Shown: in pieces, positions 1-10,640 of the stretch
How positions within the stretch are numbered: the stretch's first letter is position 1
Layout: each line of letters opens with the position of its first letter
Source: Candidatus Omnitrophota bacterium
GTDB lineage: Bacteria; Omnitrophota; Gorgyraeia; Zapsychrales; Zapsychraceae
Assembly (NCBI GenBank): GCA_029261065.1
Contig: JAJDCB010000022.1
Location: 443 to 64,442, forward strand
Length of the DNA stretch: 64,000 nt
Direction: 5' to 3'
The notes under the pieces: generated by a model
Told to the model about the DNA's origin: nothing
Seen by the model: only the letters and a program-made list of their open reading frames with translations
Databases searched by the model: none
Program-made: the position numbers and the translations under genes

Positions 1-210
1 AGACCGGATGTTAGACAATTCCTTAAATATTCGTTGGGGGAGAGTATGTGGGTGGTTGTACAGATTTGTTTGAAGCTTATAAAAATGGAGAATTGCAAAA
101 AAGTTTAAAAAATATGATGTGAGTTTTGATGAATCAATCGGTTGTGATCCCTCTTCGTTCTTACCTTCTTGGTGCGCCTCTCGATAAGAAGAACATGCTT
201 TCTTGTTTTT

Positions 211-253
211 AAAATACAAAAATTTAAAAAACGATAAATTATTTTTGTATTTT
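211..253. promoter_or_regulatory. Perfect 13-bp inverted repeat (aaaatacaaaaat / atttttgtatttt) with a 17-nt spacer, about 60 nt upstream of the hybrid kinase start. Candidate operator or upstream terminator.
   Basis: Both arms read directly from the sequence. No T-run follows, so function is unresolved. Confidence 0.25.
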
Positions 254-313
254 AAGTGCTTGGTGTTATTCTACTTAAGGCCCCTTTATCAACTTAATTA
301 ATCAAATTTTGAT

Positions 314-3300
314 ATGCTTAAAAAATTAAATATTGGTTCAAAACTAGCCATCATTTTAATAGGGGTGGCGATGATACCCTTGATAGCAGTCATTAGTTAT
401 AACTTTATTGCATTCAAAAGTAAAATTCAACGTAACATGCTTAACCGCTTAAAATCCACCAACAATTCCCGTGTCGCCCATATTCAGAGTTTAATCCAAT
501 TACGACAAGAGCAGGCAAAATCTATTGCAGGTGATTTCATTTTAAAACAATTGAAAAGCGATGGGTTAAATGATCCGCAACATGTTGAAAATATTCAGAA
601 GAATATTGAATACATTTATAAAGAAATGAAGAACATTTCTACGGGGTTAGAGAGGAATAAGAGTCAACCATCTGCGATGGAGATTATTGGGGTATGGGAC
701 AGATCTGGGAAGATTATTGCCAATACAAATATAGATCTGGTAGGCAAAAAGATGCCAGAACATTATTTGAATCAGGTGCAAAAGTTAGGCGAGTATTTTG
801 GTGGATTTGAAAAGGATTCTCTTACGGGTAAGAATTTTTTAATTTTTTTACATGAAATACGTAATCATGCAACAAATGCATTCTCAGGCGCGGTCATTCT
901 AAAAGTTAAAGCAGAAATTCTTAACCAAGTTACAACAGATCGAGAAGGATTGGGGGAAACGGGGGAAACCTACATTGTCGACCGGAAGTATCGCATGGTG
1001 ACAAAATCACGATTTATAGAAAATGCCATCTTGGCACTAGAGGTGAAAACAGCAGGCACAGAAGCATGTTTTAATAACGTAAAAGCTCCTATTCATTACG
1101 CTGATTATCGTGGGGTTAGTGTGTTTGGTGCGTCAAAATATTTGCCGGATGAGGACTGGTGTTTGCTGACAGAGATTGAGGAAAAAGAGGCGTTTTCTGA
1201 AGTGGTGGATTTACGCAATCAAATGTTTCTATTTGGCTTGGCTGTGTTTTTATTTCTGATTCTTTTATCAAACAGGTTAGGGCGTTTTATAGCAAGTCCT
1301 ATACAACAATTGATGAATATAACCAAAAAGGTTGCGAAAGGTGATTTTAAAGCAAGAATAAAAGTTTCTCAAAACGATGAGTTAGGAGAGTTATCGCAAT
1401 CATTTAATGAGATGGCCCAAAAGTTGGAACAGCATACAGAAGAGTTGGAGGATATGAAATTTAGTTTAGATCAACATTCAATTGTGGGGGTTACCGATCA
1501 GACCGGTAAAATAACATATGCGAATGATAAATTTAGCGAAATATCCCAGTATTCTCAGGAAGAACTTTTAGGGCAAGATCACCGTATTTTAAATTCGGGA
1601 TATCATCCAAAAGAATTTATGAGAGATATGTGGAGAACCATTGCGCAAGGTAAGGTTTGGAAAGGAGAGGTGAAAAATAAAAAGAAAAACGGAGAATACT
1701 ATTGGGTGAATACCTCGATTATTCCTTTTTTAAATAAGCAAGGTAAACCCTATCAATATGTGGCGATACGATCAGATATTACAGATCGGAAAAATGCAGA
1801 GTTACGTTTAAAACAACAAGAGGAGACTTCCAATTTGCTTCGTCAAGTTGCAGAATTAGCTAACTCAGCAAAGGATATGCGGCAAATTTATAAAGATACG
1901 TTAAGGTATGTTTGTGAATTTATGGGTTGGCCTATAGGGCATGTTTATGTTGAAGACAATAATAGAATGATACCAGGAAAGATTTGGTTTATACCTTCGA
2001 CGCATGAATTTGATGTTTTTAAAGAAGTTACAGAAAAAACATCGTTTGAGTCAGGTATTGGTTTACCTGGTCGTGTGCTAAAGAGCAAAGAGCCGGCTTG
2101 GATCATTGATGTTCATAAAGATCCAAACTTTCCCAGAAATAAGTTAGCCAATGATTTGGGTGTAAAGGCGGCTTTTGGATTTCCCGTCAAAATAAAAGGT
2201 GATGTTAAAGCTGTTCTTGAATTTTATGCAAAAGAGCCCTTGGACCTTGATCAAGATATTTTGGATTTGATGAAGAAGGTGAGTATTCACATGGGTCTGT
2301 TTGTGGAACGAGAAGAAATAACAAATCGGTTAAAAGAAGAAGAGAGTTCTTCACGTCAATTAGCGCAGGAAGCACTAAAAGCAGCGCAAGCAAAAAGTAA
2401 TTTTTTAGCAAATATGAGTCATGAGATCCGTACGCCAATGAATGCGATTTTAGGATTCAGTGATATTTTAGGCAAAACAAAACTTGATGATCAGCAAAGA
2501 CAGTATATTGATATCGTTGAATCGAGTGGTCAATTGTTATTAGGGATCATTAATGACATTTTGGATTTTTCTAAATTAGAGGCCGGAGGGGTTACTCTTG
2601 AGAGTATTAATTTTGATTTAGAGTATTTAGTCAATGATGTTTTTAAGATGATCGGCTCAAAGCTTCGGGATAAAAAAATTGATACTTATATCGATATCGA
2701 AAATAACGTTCATCGGTTTCTTTGCGGTGATCCAACGCGTTTAAGACAAATATTGGTTAATCTTTTGGGAAATGCTATTAAGTTTACAGACCAGGGAGAT
2801 ATTGGTGTGATTGTTCGGTTAGATAAAAAGGAAAGTTTTGAGGATGAGCTGGTGATTCATTTTACGGTTAAAGATTCAGGGATAGGGATTCCAGAAGATA
2901 AAAAAGATAAAATTTTTGCAGTTTTTAGTCAGGTGGATGAAACAACGACGCGTAAATTTGGAGGGACGGGTTTAGGTTTGTCGATATGTAAATCATTATC
3001 GGAAGCTATGGGAGGCAGTATTTGGGTAGAATCCCAGGAAGGAAAGGGGAGTGAATTTCATTTTAAGATTAAACTAAAAAAAGGACAAAAGATCGAACGT
3101 GAAGGTATTAAGCCTTTGACTTTATCAGAAATGCAGGGTAAAGAAGTACTCATCGTTGATGATAACAAAAATTCTAGGGATCTTTTAAAACGATATTGCG
3201 AAGAAGTAGGGTTAAAGGTTGTTGCATCTGTTGAATCTGGTAAAAGGGCTTTAAGGCGTATTGATCAAATGATTGATGATAATAATCTAGTAGATCTTAT

Positions 3301-3943
3301 TCTTAGTGATATTATGATGCCTGAAATGGATGGGCATGGTTTGATTGCAAAGATTAGGGCAAACAAAAAGTGCAAAGACATTAAAATTATTGCCATTTCA
3401 TCTGATATTCGTTTAGGTGAGGCTCAGCATGCACAAGAAGATGGTTTTAATGGATTTTTACCTAAACCAATATCTAGAGATGCACTCTTAAAAGTTATTA
3501 CGGTCGTGCTGGGAGATAATAGAGAGCAAGGTTCCATTGTTACGCGCCATATGGCAGAAGAGCTAGCTTGTAAGGGGATAAAGGTTTTGGTTGTTGAAGA
3601 TGTTCTTCCAAATCAAGCTTTAATCAAGGCGTATTTTCAACAATTTGGTTGTGAAGGAGATTATGCGAGTAATGGTCAGGAGGCCGTTGATATGTTGCGC
3701 AGTAATATAGATCAGTATGATTTATGTCTGATGGATATGCAAATGCCTGTTATGGACGGTTTGGAGGCGACAAGAATTATTCGTAAAGAAATTTCTAAGG
3801 ACTTTCCTATCATTGCTTTGACGGCGGCAGCTTTAAAAGAAGATCAGGATCAATGTTTCAAAGCGGGTATGACAGATTACATTTCTAAACCCATACAGAC
3901 TGAAAAGTTAAAAGAAAAAATTTTAGAGTACGCCAAGGAATAA
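314..3943 (+). CDS. Hybrid sensor histidine kinase: TM-flanked periplasmic sensor, HAMP, PAS, GAF, HisKA, HATPase_c and two C-terminal receiver domains
   Basis: 1209-aa ORF. N-terminal TM helix and a second hydrophobic segment around residue 300. H-box [10 protein letters not shown]-box GGTGLGLSI. Two CheY-like blocks (LIVDDN...[10 protein letters not shown] and LVVEDV...[10 protein letters not shown]). Confidence 0.9.
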   Translation: MLKKLNIGSKLAIILIGVAMIPLIAVISYNFIAFKSKIQRNMLNRLKSTNNSRVAHIQSLIQLRQEQAKSIAGDFILKQLKSDGLNDPQHVENIQKNIEYIYKEMKNISTGLERNKSQPSAMEIIGVWDRSGKIIANTNIDLVGKKMPEHYLNQVQKLGEYFGGFEKDSLTGKNFLIFLHEIRNHATNAFSGAVILKVKAEILNQVTTDREGLGETGETYIVDRKYRMVTKSRFIENAILALEVKTAGTEACFNNVKAPIHYADYRGVSVFGASKYLPDEDWCLLTEIEEKEAFSEVVDLRNQMFLFGLAVFLFLILLSNRLGRFIASPIQQLMNITKKVAKGDFKARIKVSQNDELGELSQSFNEMAQKLEQHTEELEDMKFSLDQHSIVGVTDQTGKITYANDKFSEISQYSQEELLGQDHRILNSGYHPKEFMRDMWRTIAQGKVWKGEVKNKKKNGEYYWVNTSIIPFLNKQGKPYQYVAIRSDITDRKNAELRLKQQEETSNLLRQVAELANSAKDMRQIYKDTLRYVCEFMGWPIGHVYVEDNNRMIPGKIWFIPSTHEFDVFKEVTEKTSFESGIGLPGRVLKSKEPAWIIDVHKDPNFPRNKLANDLGVKAAFGFPVKIKGDVKAVLEFYAKEPLDLDQDILDLMKKVSIHMGLFVEREEITNRLKEEESSSRQLAQEALKAAQAKSNFLANMSHEIRTPMNAILGFSDILGKTKLDDQQRQYIDIVESSGQLLLGIINDILDFSKLEAGGVTLESINFDLEYLVNDVFKMIGSKLRDKKIDTYIDIENNVHRFLCGDPTRLRQILVNLLGNAIKFTDQGDIGVIVRLDKKESFEDELVIHFTVKDSGIGIPEDKKDKIFAVFSQVDETTTRKFGGTGLGLSICKSLSEAMGGSIWVESQEGKGSEFHFKIKLKKGQKIEREGIKPLTLSEMQGKEVLIVDDNKNSRDLLKRYCEEVGLKVVASVESGKRALRRIDQMIDDNNLVDLILSDIMMPEMDGHGLIAKIRANKKCKDIKIIAISSDIRLGEAQHAQEDGFNGFLPKPISRDALLKVITVVLGDNREQGSIVTRHMAEELACKGIKVLVVEDVLPNQALIKAYFQQFGCEGDYASNGQEAVDMLRSNIDQYDLCLMDMQMPVMDGLEATRIIRKEISKDFPIIALTAAALKEDQDQCFKAGMTDYISKPIQTEKLKEKILEYAKE

Positions 3944-4005
3944 TTTTTGTTTGATTGTTCCTTAAGTAAAAGTTATTTATTCAAATAAAGAGGGATAAGC
4001 TTTCT

Positions 4006-4860
4006 ATGTTTACAAGGAAATGTTGTGGATGGATTATTGGTTTTTGTTTGATTGTTTTTATTACTCCTGTTGTTCAAGCGGATGAGCTTTTTGAATTAAA
4101 AGAACGACTTCGAATTATTGAAGAAGAAAAACAGGACTTGATACAAGAAATTAGGAAGCTTGAGGCTAAAGACAATGTTGAAGATGAAAAAATTCAAGAG
4201 TCTGCAGTATCAAAAGTAACGCCCCCACCAGAAGATAAACCCTACAAGACAAATGTGGCTCTTAAATTGTATTGGGATACACGTGAATATAATACATTTG
4301 AGATCGCCACAAGCTCAACAGGTTTACCCTTAGGTTTTACTTTTTGGGGCTTTACTGATTTGCATGGAAATCAAGATCAAGTGGGTGATAGTTTTGATTT
4401 TGATCGGTTTTTTATGGAGTATCGTTTGAGTCGGGCCTTTGATCCAGAGTGGGTATTAGGAATAAAAGGTTTAGGTTACCAAATGGAATACAATGATACT
4501 AACGGTTCGGGTAATCAATTAGTGCGCTTTGGTCTTACATACAAACATGGGATTCCTTCTATAATAGAAAAAGAAGGTTGGTTACAGTTAAGAGCGTTTC
4601 CTTATGAATCAGATGGTAGTGGTCAACAAATGAGTTTGATTTATTACTTTCCATTGCATGAAAGAATTTGGATTAGTGGTTTTGTAGACTTAAATCTTCG
4701 AGAAGGAGCGGATGATCGTTGGGTTATCGAGCCTCAACTTAATATTAAATTAAATGATCGGTATACATTTTTAGTTGAGTATCGATATAGCGGCTCCGAT
4801 GATGCCAGTGCAACATTGGATGGGGATGGGGTTGCTTTTGGTATGAGCATGGGTTTTTAA
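4006..4860 (+). CDS. Secreted protein with an N-terminal coiled coil and a probable outer-membrane beta-barrel
   Basis: Signal peptide and coiled-coil ELFELKERLRIIEEEKQDL. Alternating hydrophobic beta-strand pattern. The C-terminus ends in an aromatic residue (..GMSMGF), typical of outer-membrane proteins. Confidence 0.5.
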   Translation: MFTRKCCGWIIGFCLIVFITPVVQADELFELKERLRIIEEEKQDLIQEIRKLEAKDNVEDEKIQESAVSKVTPPPEDKPYKTNVALKLYWDTREYNTFEIATSSTGLPLGFTFWGFTDLHGNQDQVGDSFDFDRFFMEYRLSRAFDPEWVLGIKGLGYQMEYNDTNGSGNQLVRFGLTYKHGIPSIIEKEGWLQLRAFPYESDGSGQQMSLIYYFPLHERIWISGFVDLNLREGADDRWVIEPQLNIKLNDRYTFLVEYRYSGSDDASATLDGDGVAFGMSMGF

Positions 4861-4894
4861 AATAAATTGCTGTGTATTAAGATGGGCAGAGAGA

Positions 4895-5971
4895 ATGAGC
4901 AAAAAAATTAAAATTTTGGTAGTGGAAGATGATATTGGTGATTTCACTTTATTAAAGGGGACTCTCGATCAAGAAATTACAAATGTATTTAATCTTATAC
5001 ATGTGGATAGTTTAGAGAAGGCGTTTAAACGGTTAGATGAAGAGGATTTTGATCTTATTTTGTTGGATTTGGCGTTACCAGATAGCATGGGTTTGGATAC
5101 GGTCACAAAAATTAATGATAAACGTCCTCAAGTGCCAGTTGTCGTATTAACAGGTTTGGACGATAAAGAAGTTGGTATTGCAACCGTAAAAAAAGGAGCT
5201 CAAGATTTTTTAATTAAAGGACAGATAACGTATGACTATTTTTTTAAATCTGTTAATTATGCTCTTGAACGTGTGCGACTGGAGAATTTCAAGAACGATA
5301 TCGTTAATAATATTTCACATGAATTAAGAACCCCTCTTACTATTGTCCGAGAGAGTATAAGCCAAGTATCTGACGGCATTTTTGGGGATATCAATGAGAA
5401 ACAAGATAAATATCTAAAGATGGCTTTAACTAATATTGATCGATTAAAAAAGATTATTGATAATTTACTAGATATGTCAAAAATTGATGCAGGTAAGCTT
5501 GAGATTTTTAAAGAAAAAATAGTCGTTGCAGTATTATTTGAGGATCTTGTGGCTGATTTTTTACTTAAAGTTAAAGCAAAAGAAAATTTGAATATAAAGA
5601 ATTCAACTTTAAGCGAGAAGCTTGAAATCTTTGCTGATCGAGATAATATCATTCAAGTTTTTACAAATTTGGTTGGTAATGCTCTAAAATTTACTGATAA
5701 GGGCCTTATCGAAGTCTCAGCTACTGAAAAAGATAACTTTGTTGAATGCCGTGTTAAGGATTCGGGGATAGGAATTTCTGAAGAAGATTTACCAAGAATT
5801 TTTGGAAAATTTGATCAAATCGGAAGGCAATCTGGTCCCGGAGGTAAGGGAACGGGGTTGGGTTTGGCTATTTCAAAAAGTATCATTGAGCTGCATGGCG
5901 GTAGTATATATGCTGAAAGTGAAAAGGGAAAAGGATCGACGTTTGTTTTTACATTACCTAAAAAAGAGTAA
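4895..5971 (+). CDS. Receiver-histidine kinase fusion (REC-HisKA-HATPase_c)
   Basis: N-terminal CheY-like domain (ILVVEDD...LILLDLALPD). H-box SHELRTPLT. HATPase N/G boxes (VGNALKFT, GTGLGLAISK). Confidence 0.85.
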   Translation: MSKKIKILVVEDDIGDFTLLKGTLDQEITNVFNLIHVDSLEKAFKRLDEEDFDLILLDLALPDSMGLDTVTKINDKRPQVPVVVLTGLDDKEVGIATVKKGAQDFLIKGQITYDYFFKSVNYALERVRLENFKNDIVNNISHELRTPLTIVRESISQVSDGIFGDINEKQDKYLKMALTNIDRLKKIIDNLLDMSKIDAGKLEIFKEKIVVAVLFEDLVADFLLKVKAKENLNIKNSTLSEKLEIFADRDNIIQVFTNLVGNALKFTDKGLIEVSATEKDNFVECRVKDSGIGISEEDLPRIFGKFDQIGRQSGPGGKGTGLGLAISKSIIELHGGSIYAESEKGKGSTFVFTLPKKE

Positions 5972-6005
5972 TTTGTTTTGAAATAATATAAAGGAAAGGA
6001 GTTTT

Positions 6006-6386
6006 ATGAAAAAAATTTTAGTTGTTGATGATGAACCAGAAATTATTGAGTTAGTGGAAAGTCGATTAAGCGTAAATAATTATCAAGTTATTTCAGCTAT
6101 GGATGGGAACGAGGGGATTAAAAAAGCAGAAAAAGAATCTCCGGACTTAATCCTTATGGATGTAATGATGCCCAAGATGTCCGGAGGGGATGCTTTGAGA
6201 ATTCTTAAGGCCAATGAAAAAACGAAAGACATACCGGTTGTTTTTTTAACGGGTGTTAAAAGTAATAAAGAGCCAACGGGAGAAGAAGATAAGGGCATTA
6301 ATGTGGGTGGGCAATATTATCCAGCTGTTGGAAAGCCTTTCGAATCAGAAAAGTTGTTATTAGCCATAGAGAAAAATCTTTCCTAG
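6006..6386 (+). CDS. Single-domain response regulator (CheY-like receiver)
   Basis: 126 aa. Motifs ILVVDDEPE, LILMDVMMPKMSG and a conserved K. RBS aaaggaaaggag. Confidence 0.85.
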   Translation: MKKILVVDDEPEIIELVESRLSVNNYQVISAMDGNEGIKKAEKESPDLILMDVMMPKMSGGDALRILKANEKTKDIPVVFLTGVKSNKEPTGEEDKGINVGGQYYPAVGKPFESEKLLLAIEKNLS

Positions 6387-6395
6387 ACTATCTTT

Positions 6396-6818
6396 TTATT
6401 TGATTATTTTTTTCTGAGGATTTTTTAAAGCCGCCTTTATTTCCTTAATCATCGCTTCGCGATCCTTTTTTATTCTTTTAATGATTGTAGGCGGTGCTGC
6501 TGTTTTAGCATCGTATGTTGCTCCCCAAACGGACATTTCAAGCATTACGGGAATTAAGTCAATTCCTTTCTGAGTCAATTCATAGAGATAAACCTTGGTG
6601 TTTTTAGGATCCTGCCGTTTTGTGATAATGCCCGTATCTTCTAAGAGGTTTAATCTATTCGCTAAAATATTTGTAGCAATGCCTTCCGGAGAATTTTTAA
6701 GCGCACCATAAGTCTTTTTCTTAAAAAAGATCAAGTCGCGAATAATAAGAAGTGTCCACTTATCGCCAAAAATTTCAAGCGCAAAATTGATCGGACAATG
6801 GGATCGGTTTGTTTTCAT
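6396..6818 (-). CDS. HxlR-family winged-helix transcriptional regulator
   Basis: N-terminal CPINFALEIFGDKWTLLIIRDL is the HxlR signature. It is divergent from the GST gene, with operators between them. Confidence 0.8.
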   Translation of the reverse strand: MKTNRSHCPINFALEIFGDKWTLLIIRDLIFFKKKTYGALKNSPEGIATNILANRLNLLEDTGIITKRQDPKNTKVYLYELTQKGIDLIPVMLEMSVWGATYDAKTAAPPTIIKRIKKDREAMIKEIKAALKNPQKKIIK

Positions 6819-6837
6819 AGAAATAGTTTAAACTTAT

Positions 6838-6856
6838 TACTTGCAAAATGCAAGCA
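6838..6856. promoter_or_regulatory. Palindromic operator 1 (tacTTGCAaaaTGCAAgca) in the hxlR-GST divergent intergenic region
   Basis: Perfect inverted repeat CTTGCA-N3-TGCAAG, read directly from the sequence. Confidence 0.5.
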
Positions 6857-6873
6857 TGGGTGTATACTTATTT

Positions 6874-6892
6874 TACTTGCAAAAAGCAAGTA
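6874..6892. promoter_or_regulatory. Palindromic operator 2 (tACTTGCaaaaaGCAAGTa), a second copy 36 bp from operator 1
   Basis: Perfect inverted repeat ACTTGC-N5-GCAAGT sharing the TTGCA core with operator 1. Confidence 0.5.
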
Positions 6893-6926
6893 AAACTAAG
6901 CGTCTCAAAAATCAAGGAGGAGAGTT

Positions 6927-7574
6927 ATGAAAATTTATGGTCTTGATGTATCCAATCCCACGAATAAAGTTCGATATGTAGCTAATGCGTTGGGTCTCGA
7001 TTATGAATTTGAATTAAAGATGCCATTTAGTGAGCAAGTTCAAAATGATGAATATCAATCTCTTCATCCAGCAAGTAAAGTTCCAGCTCTTGAGGATGGA
7101 TCATTTAAGTTATTTGAAAGTAATGCCATTATCCGATATCTCGCCCAGAAAAGTAACTCAGATTTGTACCCACAAGATTTAGAGAAGAGGGCTAAGGTTG
7201 ATCAGTGGATGGATTTTGTCACTGTTCATATTCGTAATGCGTATGGACGAGTGTTTTGGAATCGAGTAGGGGTGAAGTTTATGAAAGAGGAGCCGGATGT
7301 TAATTCGTTGAATGAAGGATTAAAATTTTTAGACCGATTTCTACCAATTATTGACGATCAGCTAGGTAAGTCAAAATATTTAGCGAGTGATGATTTGACT
7401 ATTGCAGATTTTAATTTGCTCGCGGAACTGGATGGGGCGGAGGTCTGTGAGATCGATTTATTAAAATACAAAAATCTAACGGCTTGGAGAGAAAATCTTC
7501 AAAATCAAGATTTTTATCAAGTCGATCGATCTGTTGGCGCGGCCATATTTGAAGAGATTTTAGCCCAAAAGTAG
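6927..7574 (+). CDS. Glutathione S-transferase
   Basis: GST N-terminal thioredoxin-like fold (KVPALEDGSFKLFESNAIIRYL) plus an alpha-helical C-terminal domain. Strong RBS aaggagg. Confidence 0.8.
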   Translation: MKIYGLDVSNPTNKVRYVANALGLDYEFELKMPFSEQVQNDEYQSLHPASKVPALEDGSFKLFESNAIIRYLAQKSNSDLYPQDLEKRAKVDQWMDFVTVHIRNAYGRVFWNRVGVKFMKEEPDVNSLNEGLKFLDRFLPIIDDQLGKSKYLASDDLTIADFNLLAELDGAEVCEIDLLKYKNLTAWRENLQNQDFYQVDRSVGAAIFEEILAQK

Positions 7575-7707
7575 ATCTATGGCACTCTTGACACACCCCT
7601 CTAAGTTATGTTACCTTTGAAGTATAGATGTTATCTTAAGCCTTTCTGGGAGAAATAGATATATACAGGAAAGGCAAATTTAGAGTGTTTTGGAAGAATA
7701 AATCAAA

Positions 7708-8073
7708 ATGAGAACTAACTTTAAAAAACTTACGATTTTTAGCATCATTTTAACAATCCTGTTTGCAGCAACGTTTTGTTGCTGCCTAACAGGTTCCTCA
7801 CAGGCGGCTGAATCTATACCTGCCTGTCATCAATCGATGGATGATAATGATGCGTCACAAAATTCTGATGAATGCAATTGTAATCAATCTCTTGCTGTTC
7901 TTGAAAAAAATGTAGACAATTTTAATGTGCTTAAAGTTGTCAGTTTATTAGATATTGAAAAGCAAGTTGGCCAAGAATTTAATGGTATGCGTTTAATAGC
8001 CAAGAATCATCCCCCACCTATGATTTACGACACCTCACCCCTTTATATCAAACACACCATCCTTCGTATTTAG
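7708..8073 (+). CDS. Small secreted Cys-rich protein heading the metal-efflux operon (function unknown; possible periplasmic metal-binding protein)
   Basis: Signal peptide with a Cys triplet (FCCCLTGSS). Mature region contains CHQSMDD...DECNCNQS, i.e. Cys/His/Asp-rich. Sits immediately upstream of the outer-membrane efflux gene. Confidence 0.4.
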   Translation: MRTNFKKLTIFSIILTILFAATFCCCLTGSSQAAESIPACHQSMDDNDASQNSDECNCNQSLAVLEKNVDNFNVLKVVSLLDIEKQVGQEFNGMRLIAKNHPPPMIYDTSPLYIKHTILRI

Positions 8074-8154
8074 TATCTTCATAATATTGCTGTCATTTCT
8101 GTTAATTAAATAATGAGAAAGGACTCTTAATGAGCGATGTTATGGGGATAAAAA

Positions 8155-9441
8155 ATGAATAATCAAATGATTAAATTAAGAACGATGGTTTTTACAATTG
8201 TTTTATGTCTACCACCTGTGTTTGTTATGGCAGACAACAATGAAGGTAAACTTCTGGATGTTTTTATAGAAGAAGCCACACAAAACAATCCAAAAATTCA
8301 AGAAGCTTTTCATGCTTGGAAGGCGAGTGAGTATAAAACGAAACACGTCCGAAGTTTAGACGATCCGATGGCCATCTATGGCAAGTTTGGCGAAGAGGTG
8401 CAAACGAGAGTGGGACCTCAAGAGCAGAAGTTTGGAGTGTCTCAAAAAATTCCTTTTCCAGGGAAACGGAGTTTAAAAGGAAAGGCGCAGGCCAAACATG
8501 CGGCTATGCTTAAAGAAAAGTATGAAGCCACAAAACAGGAAATTATCAAAGATGTTAAATTTTCCTACTTTGATTTATTTTGGGTTGATCAGGCTCTTGA
8601 AATTAATGAAGAAGAGAAATCTATTCTAGAGAGGGTCGAAAAAGTTGCTCAACGTAAATATGAATCTAACCAAGTTCCGCAGCAAGATGTGATTAAGGTT
8701 CAGGTTGAATTATCCAAGATTATACAGAAGTTATTTCTCTTAAAGCAGAACCGACAAAGTATTGTTGTTAAGTTAAATACGTTATTGAATCGTTCCTATG
8801 GTTTTGAAATATCTAGAATTTTGACAGTTGATGATGTGTCATTTGATTATGAGCTTGATGATTTGATGGCGCACGTTAAAAATACAAGACAAGAATTACT
8901 AGCGGCTCACTTGTCTGTAGAAAAAGCAGGATACGAAAAGTCTTTAGCTAAAATGGCGTATCTTCCTGATTTTATTTTTGGCGCTGAGTATATAGAGATT
9001 GGAGGCGGTTCAACAGCGTTGTCTAATGACGGCGATGATGCATGGATGGGAATGGTGTCTGTGAATGTGCCGATATGGTTTGGCAAGTTAAAGGCTCAGG
9101 TTAAAGAGAAAGAAGAAGCTCTTTTTGCTGAGCAAAAGAATAAAGAAGATGTGGAAAGTCGTGTCGCGTTTGAAGTGCAAGATATCTATTTCAAAATTAA
9201 AACCTACCAAGATATTGTACTTCTCTATGAGACAGCGCTCATACCGCAAGCGCAACAAGCCTTTGATGCTTCACAAACAGGTTTTGAAACAGGTTCCATT
9301 TCATTCTTGGATTGGTTGGACACAGAAAGAACTTCTCTACAAACACGACTTGCTTATTATAAAGTTATAACCGATTATCATAAGTCCATCGCCTATCTGC
9401 AAAGAGTTCTTGGCGGTGATTTTCAAGGAGATCGAAAATGA
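8155..9441 (+). CDS. Outer-membrane efflux protein (TolC/CusC-like OMF)
   Basis: Signal peptide. Two-repeat helical OEP architecture. 4-nt overlap (ATGA) with the downstream adaptor gene. Confidence 0.75.
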   Translation: MNNQMIKLRTMVFTIVLCLPPVFVMADNNEGKLLDVFIEEATQNNPKIQEAFHAWKASEYKTKHVRSLDDPMAIYGKFGEEVQTRVGPQEQKFGVSQKIPFPGKRSLKGKAQAKHAAMLKEKYEATKQEIIKDVKFSYFDLFWVDQALEINEEEKSILERVEKVAQRKYESNQVPQQDVIKVQVELSKIIQKLFLLKQNRQSIVVKLNTLLNRSYGFEISRILTVDDVSFDYELDDLMAHVKNTRQELLAAHLSVEKAGYEKSLAKMAYLPDFIFGAEYIEIGGGSTALSNDGDDAWMGMVSVNVPIWFGKLKAQVKEKEEALFAEQKNKEDVESRVAFEVQDIYFKIKTYQDIVLLYETALIPQAQQAFDASQTGFETGSISFLDWLDTERTSLQTRLAYYKVITDYHKSIAYLQRVLGGDFQGDRK

Positions 9442-10625
9442 GAAATAAGATAAGGGTATTTGGAGTTATCATTTTATGTATAACATCATCTGTTTATGCT
9501 CAAGAAGGACATAAAGGAAGTCATGTGGATGGTGTTCATGAGATGATTCCTGCTGTAACAGAGGACGGGGAGATATCTCATTACACCTGTGGCATGCATC
9601 CCAGCGTTAAGGTATCTGTCGAAAATTATGAGAATGGCGATACAAAATGTCCTATTTGTTTTATGCCGTTAACGGCTGTTAAATCATCAGGAATGCGGAG
9701 CCAAGCCTTTGATGAGAATGTCATTAGTAAAGTTGAAATAAAGGCTCGCGAACTAAAATTGGCGGGAGTGCAGACAGAAGTTGTTATCAAACGACAATTG
9801 TTTAAAGAGATAAGATCTGTTGGCACGGTTGCTTATGATCCTCAATTAGCCATTGCTCAAGATGAATTGGTTTCAGCCATTAGATCTTTAGACAAAGCTA
9901 AAACAGGTGCTGTTAGGGAAATTGCAGATCGTTCGCAATCAATGGTTGATTCATCCAAAAGAAAATTATTACTTTTAGGGTTAAGTGCGGAGCAAATTGC
10001 AGAATTGGAAAAATCAAAAGAAGTTCAAACAAATCTTATATTGCCCGGTGAGAAAATGTGGATTTATGGAGATATTTATGAATATGAATTGCCTTGGGTG
10101 AAAAAAGGATCTTACATTAAGGCTAAACCGATCGGGTTTGCGGGAGAAGAGTTTTATGGAGAGGTTGTTTCCATTAATCCTGTTATTGATCCGCGAACAC
10201 GCTCTGTTCGTTTTCGCGCGTTAATTGAGAACCCAGGTAGTAAGTTAAAGCCTGAGATGTATGTTGATGTTGAGATCCTGAGTAAGTATGTTGATCCCGA
10301 TGGTCAAGAGGAAGTTATCGCCTTACCTAAAAGTGCATTGCTTGATACCGGTCGTCGAAGAATTGTATGGGTTAATAAGGGGAATGGTCAGTTCGAAGGA
10401 CGAGCCGTTGTTGTTGGTCCAGAATCGGTGTCTCACTCCAATGAATTGCTTAAATTTTATCCTGTTCTTAAAGGAATCAAAGAAGGTGAGAAGGTTGTGA
10501 TTAAGGGAAACTTTCTGATTGATTCCCAAAGTCAAATTACAGGTGTCGTAGCTTCTTCCTTTGGAGGAACATTAGAACCAACAGAGCAAAAAGGTTCCAT
10601 GAAAGGAAGTCCTTCAGGCCATTAA
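9438..10625 (+). CDS. RND efflux periplasmic adaptor (CusB/CzcB-like) with an N-terminal heavy-metal-binding domain
   Basis: HYTCGMHP...KCPICFMPL matches the YHTCPMHP-type metal-binding motif of CusB/CzcB adaptors. Followed by the MFP beta-barrel/lipoyl fold. Confidence 0.8.
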   Translation: MRNKIRVFGVIILCITSSVYAQEGHKGSHVDGVHEMIPAVTEDGEISHYTCGMHPSVKVSVENYENGDTKCPICFMPLTAVKSSGMRSQAFDENVISKVEIKARELKLAGVQTEVVIKRQLFKEIRSVGTVAYDPQLAIAQDELVSAIRSLDKAKTGAVREIADRSQSMVDSSKRKLLLLGLSAEQIAELEKSKEVQTNLILPGEKMWIYGDIYEYELPWVKKGSYIKAKPIGFAGEEFYGEVVSINPVIDPRTRSVRFRALIENPGSKLKPEMYVDVEILSKYVDPDGQEEVIALPKSALLDTGRRRIVWVNKGNGQFEGRAVVVGPESVSHSNELLKFYPVLKGIKEGEKVVIKGNFLIDSQSQITGVVASSFGGTLEPTEQKGSMKGSPSGH

Positions 10626-10640
10626 GGAGCGGAGATTATT

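Noticed and set aside
2205-2438. Minus-strand ORFs lying inside large + strand genes (2205..2438, 5257..5652, 6083..6298, 9626..9826, 10323..10535, 12200..12623, 13334..13735, 17118..17390, 22130..22312, 23216..23488, 24414..24689, 33277..33462, 41606..41923, 42332..42553, 46765..47583, 54126..54712, 54938..55279, 55869..56331, 58162..58353, 60841..61326, 61813..62007)
   Set aside because: Each is fully embedded antisense in a well-supported gene and has low-complexity or Ser/Leu-rich translations. They are typical shadow ORFs of an AT-rich genome.
9125-9370. Same-strand alternative-frame ORFs inside genes (9125..9370, 10288..10500, 27312..27509, 36984..37202, 42357..42572, 50776..50958, 53011..53211, 59067..59258, 60196..60393, 62776..63003, 63355..63561)
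   Set aside because: They are out of frame with strongly supported domain-containing CDSs and show no independent signals.
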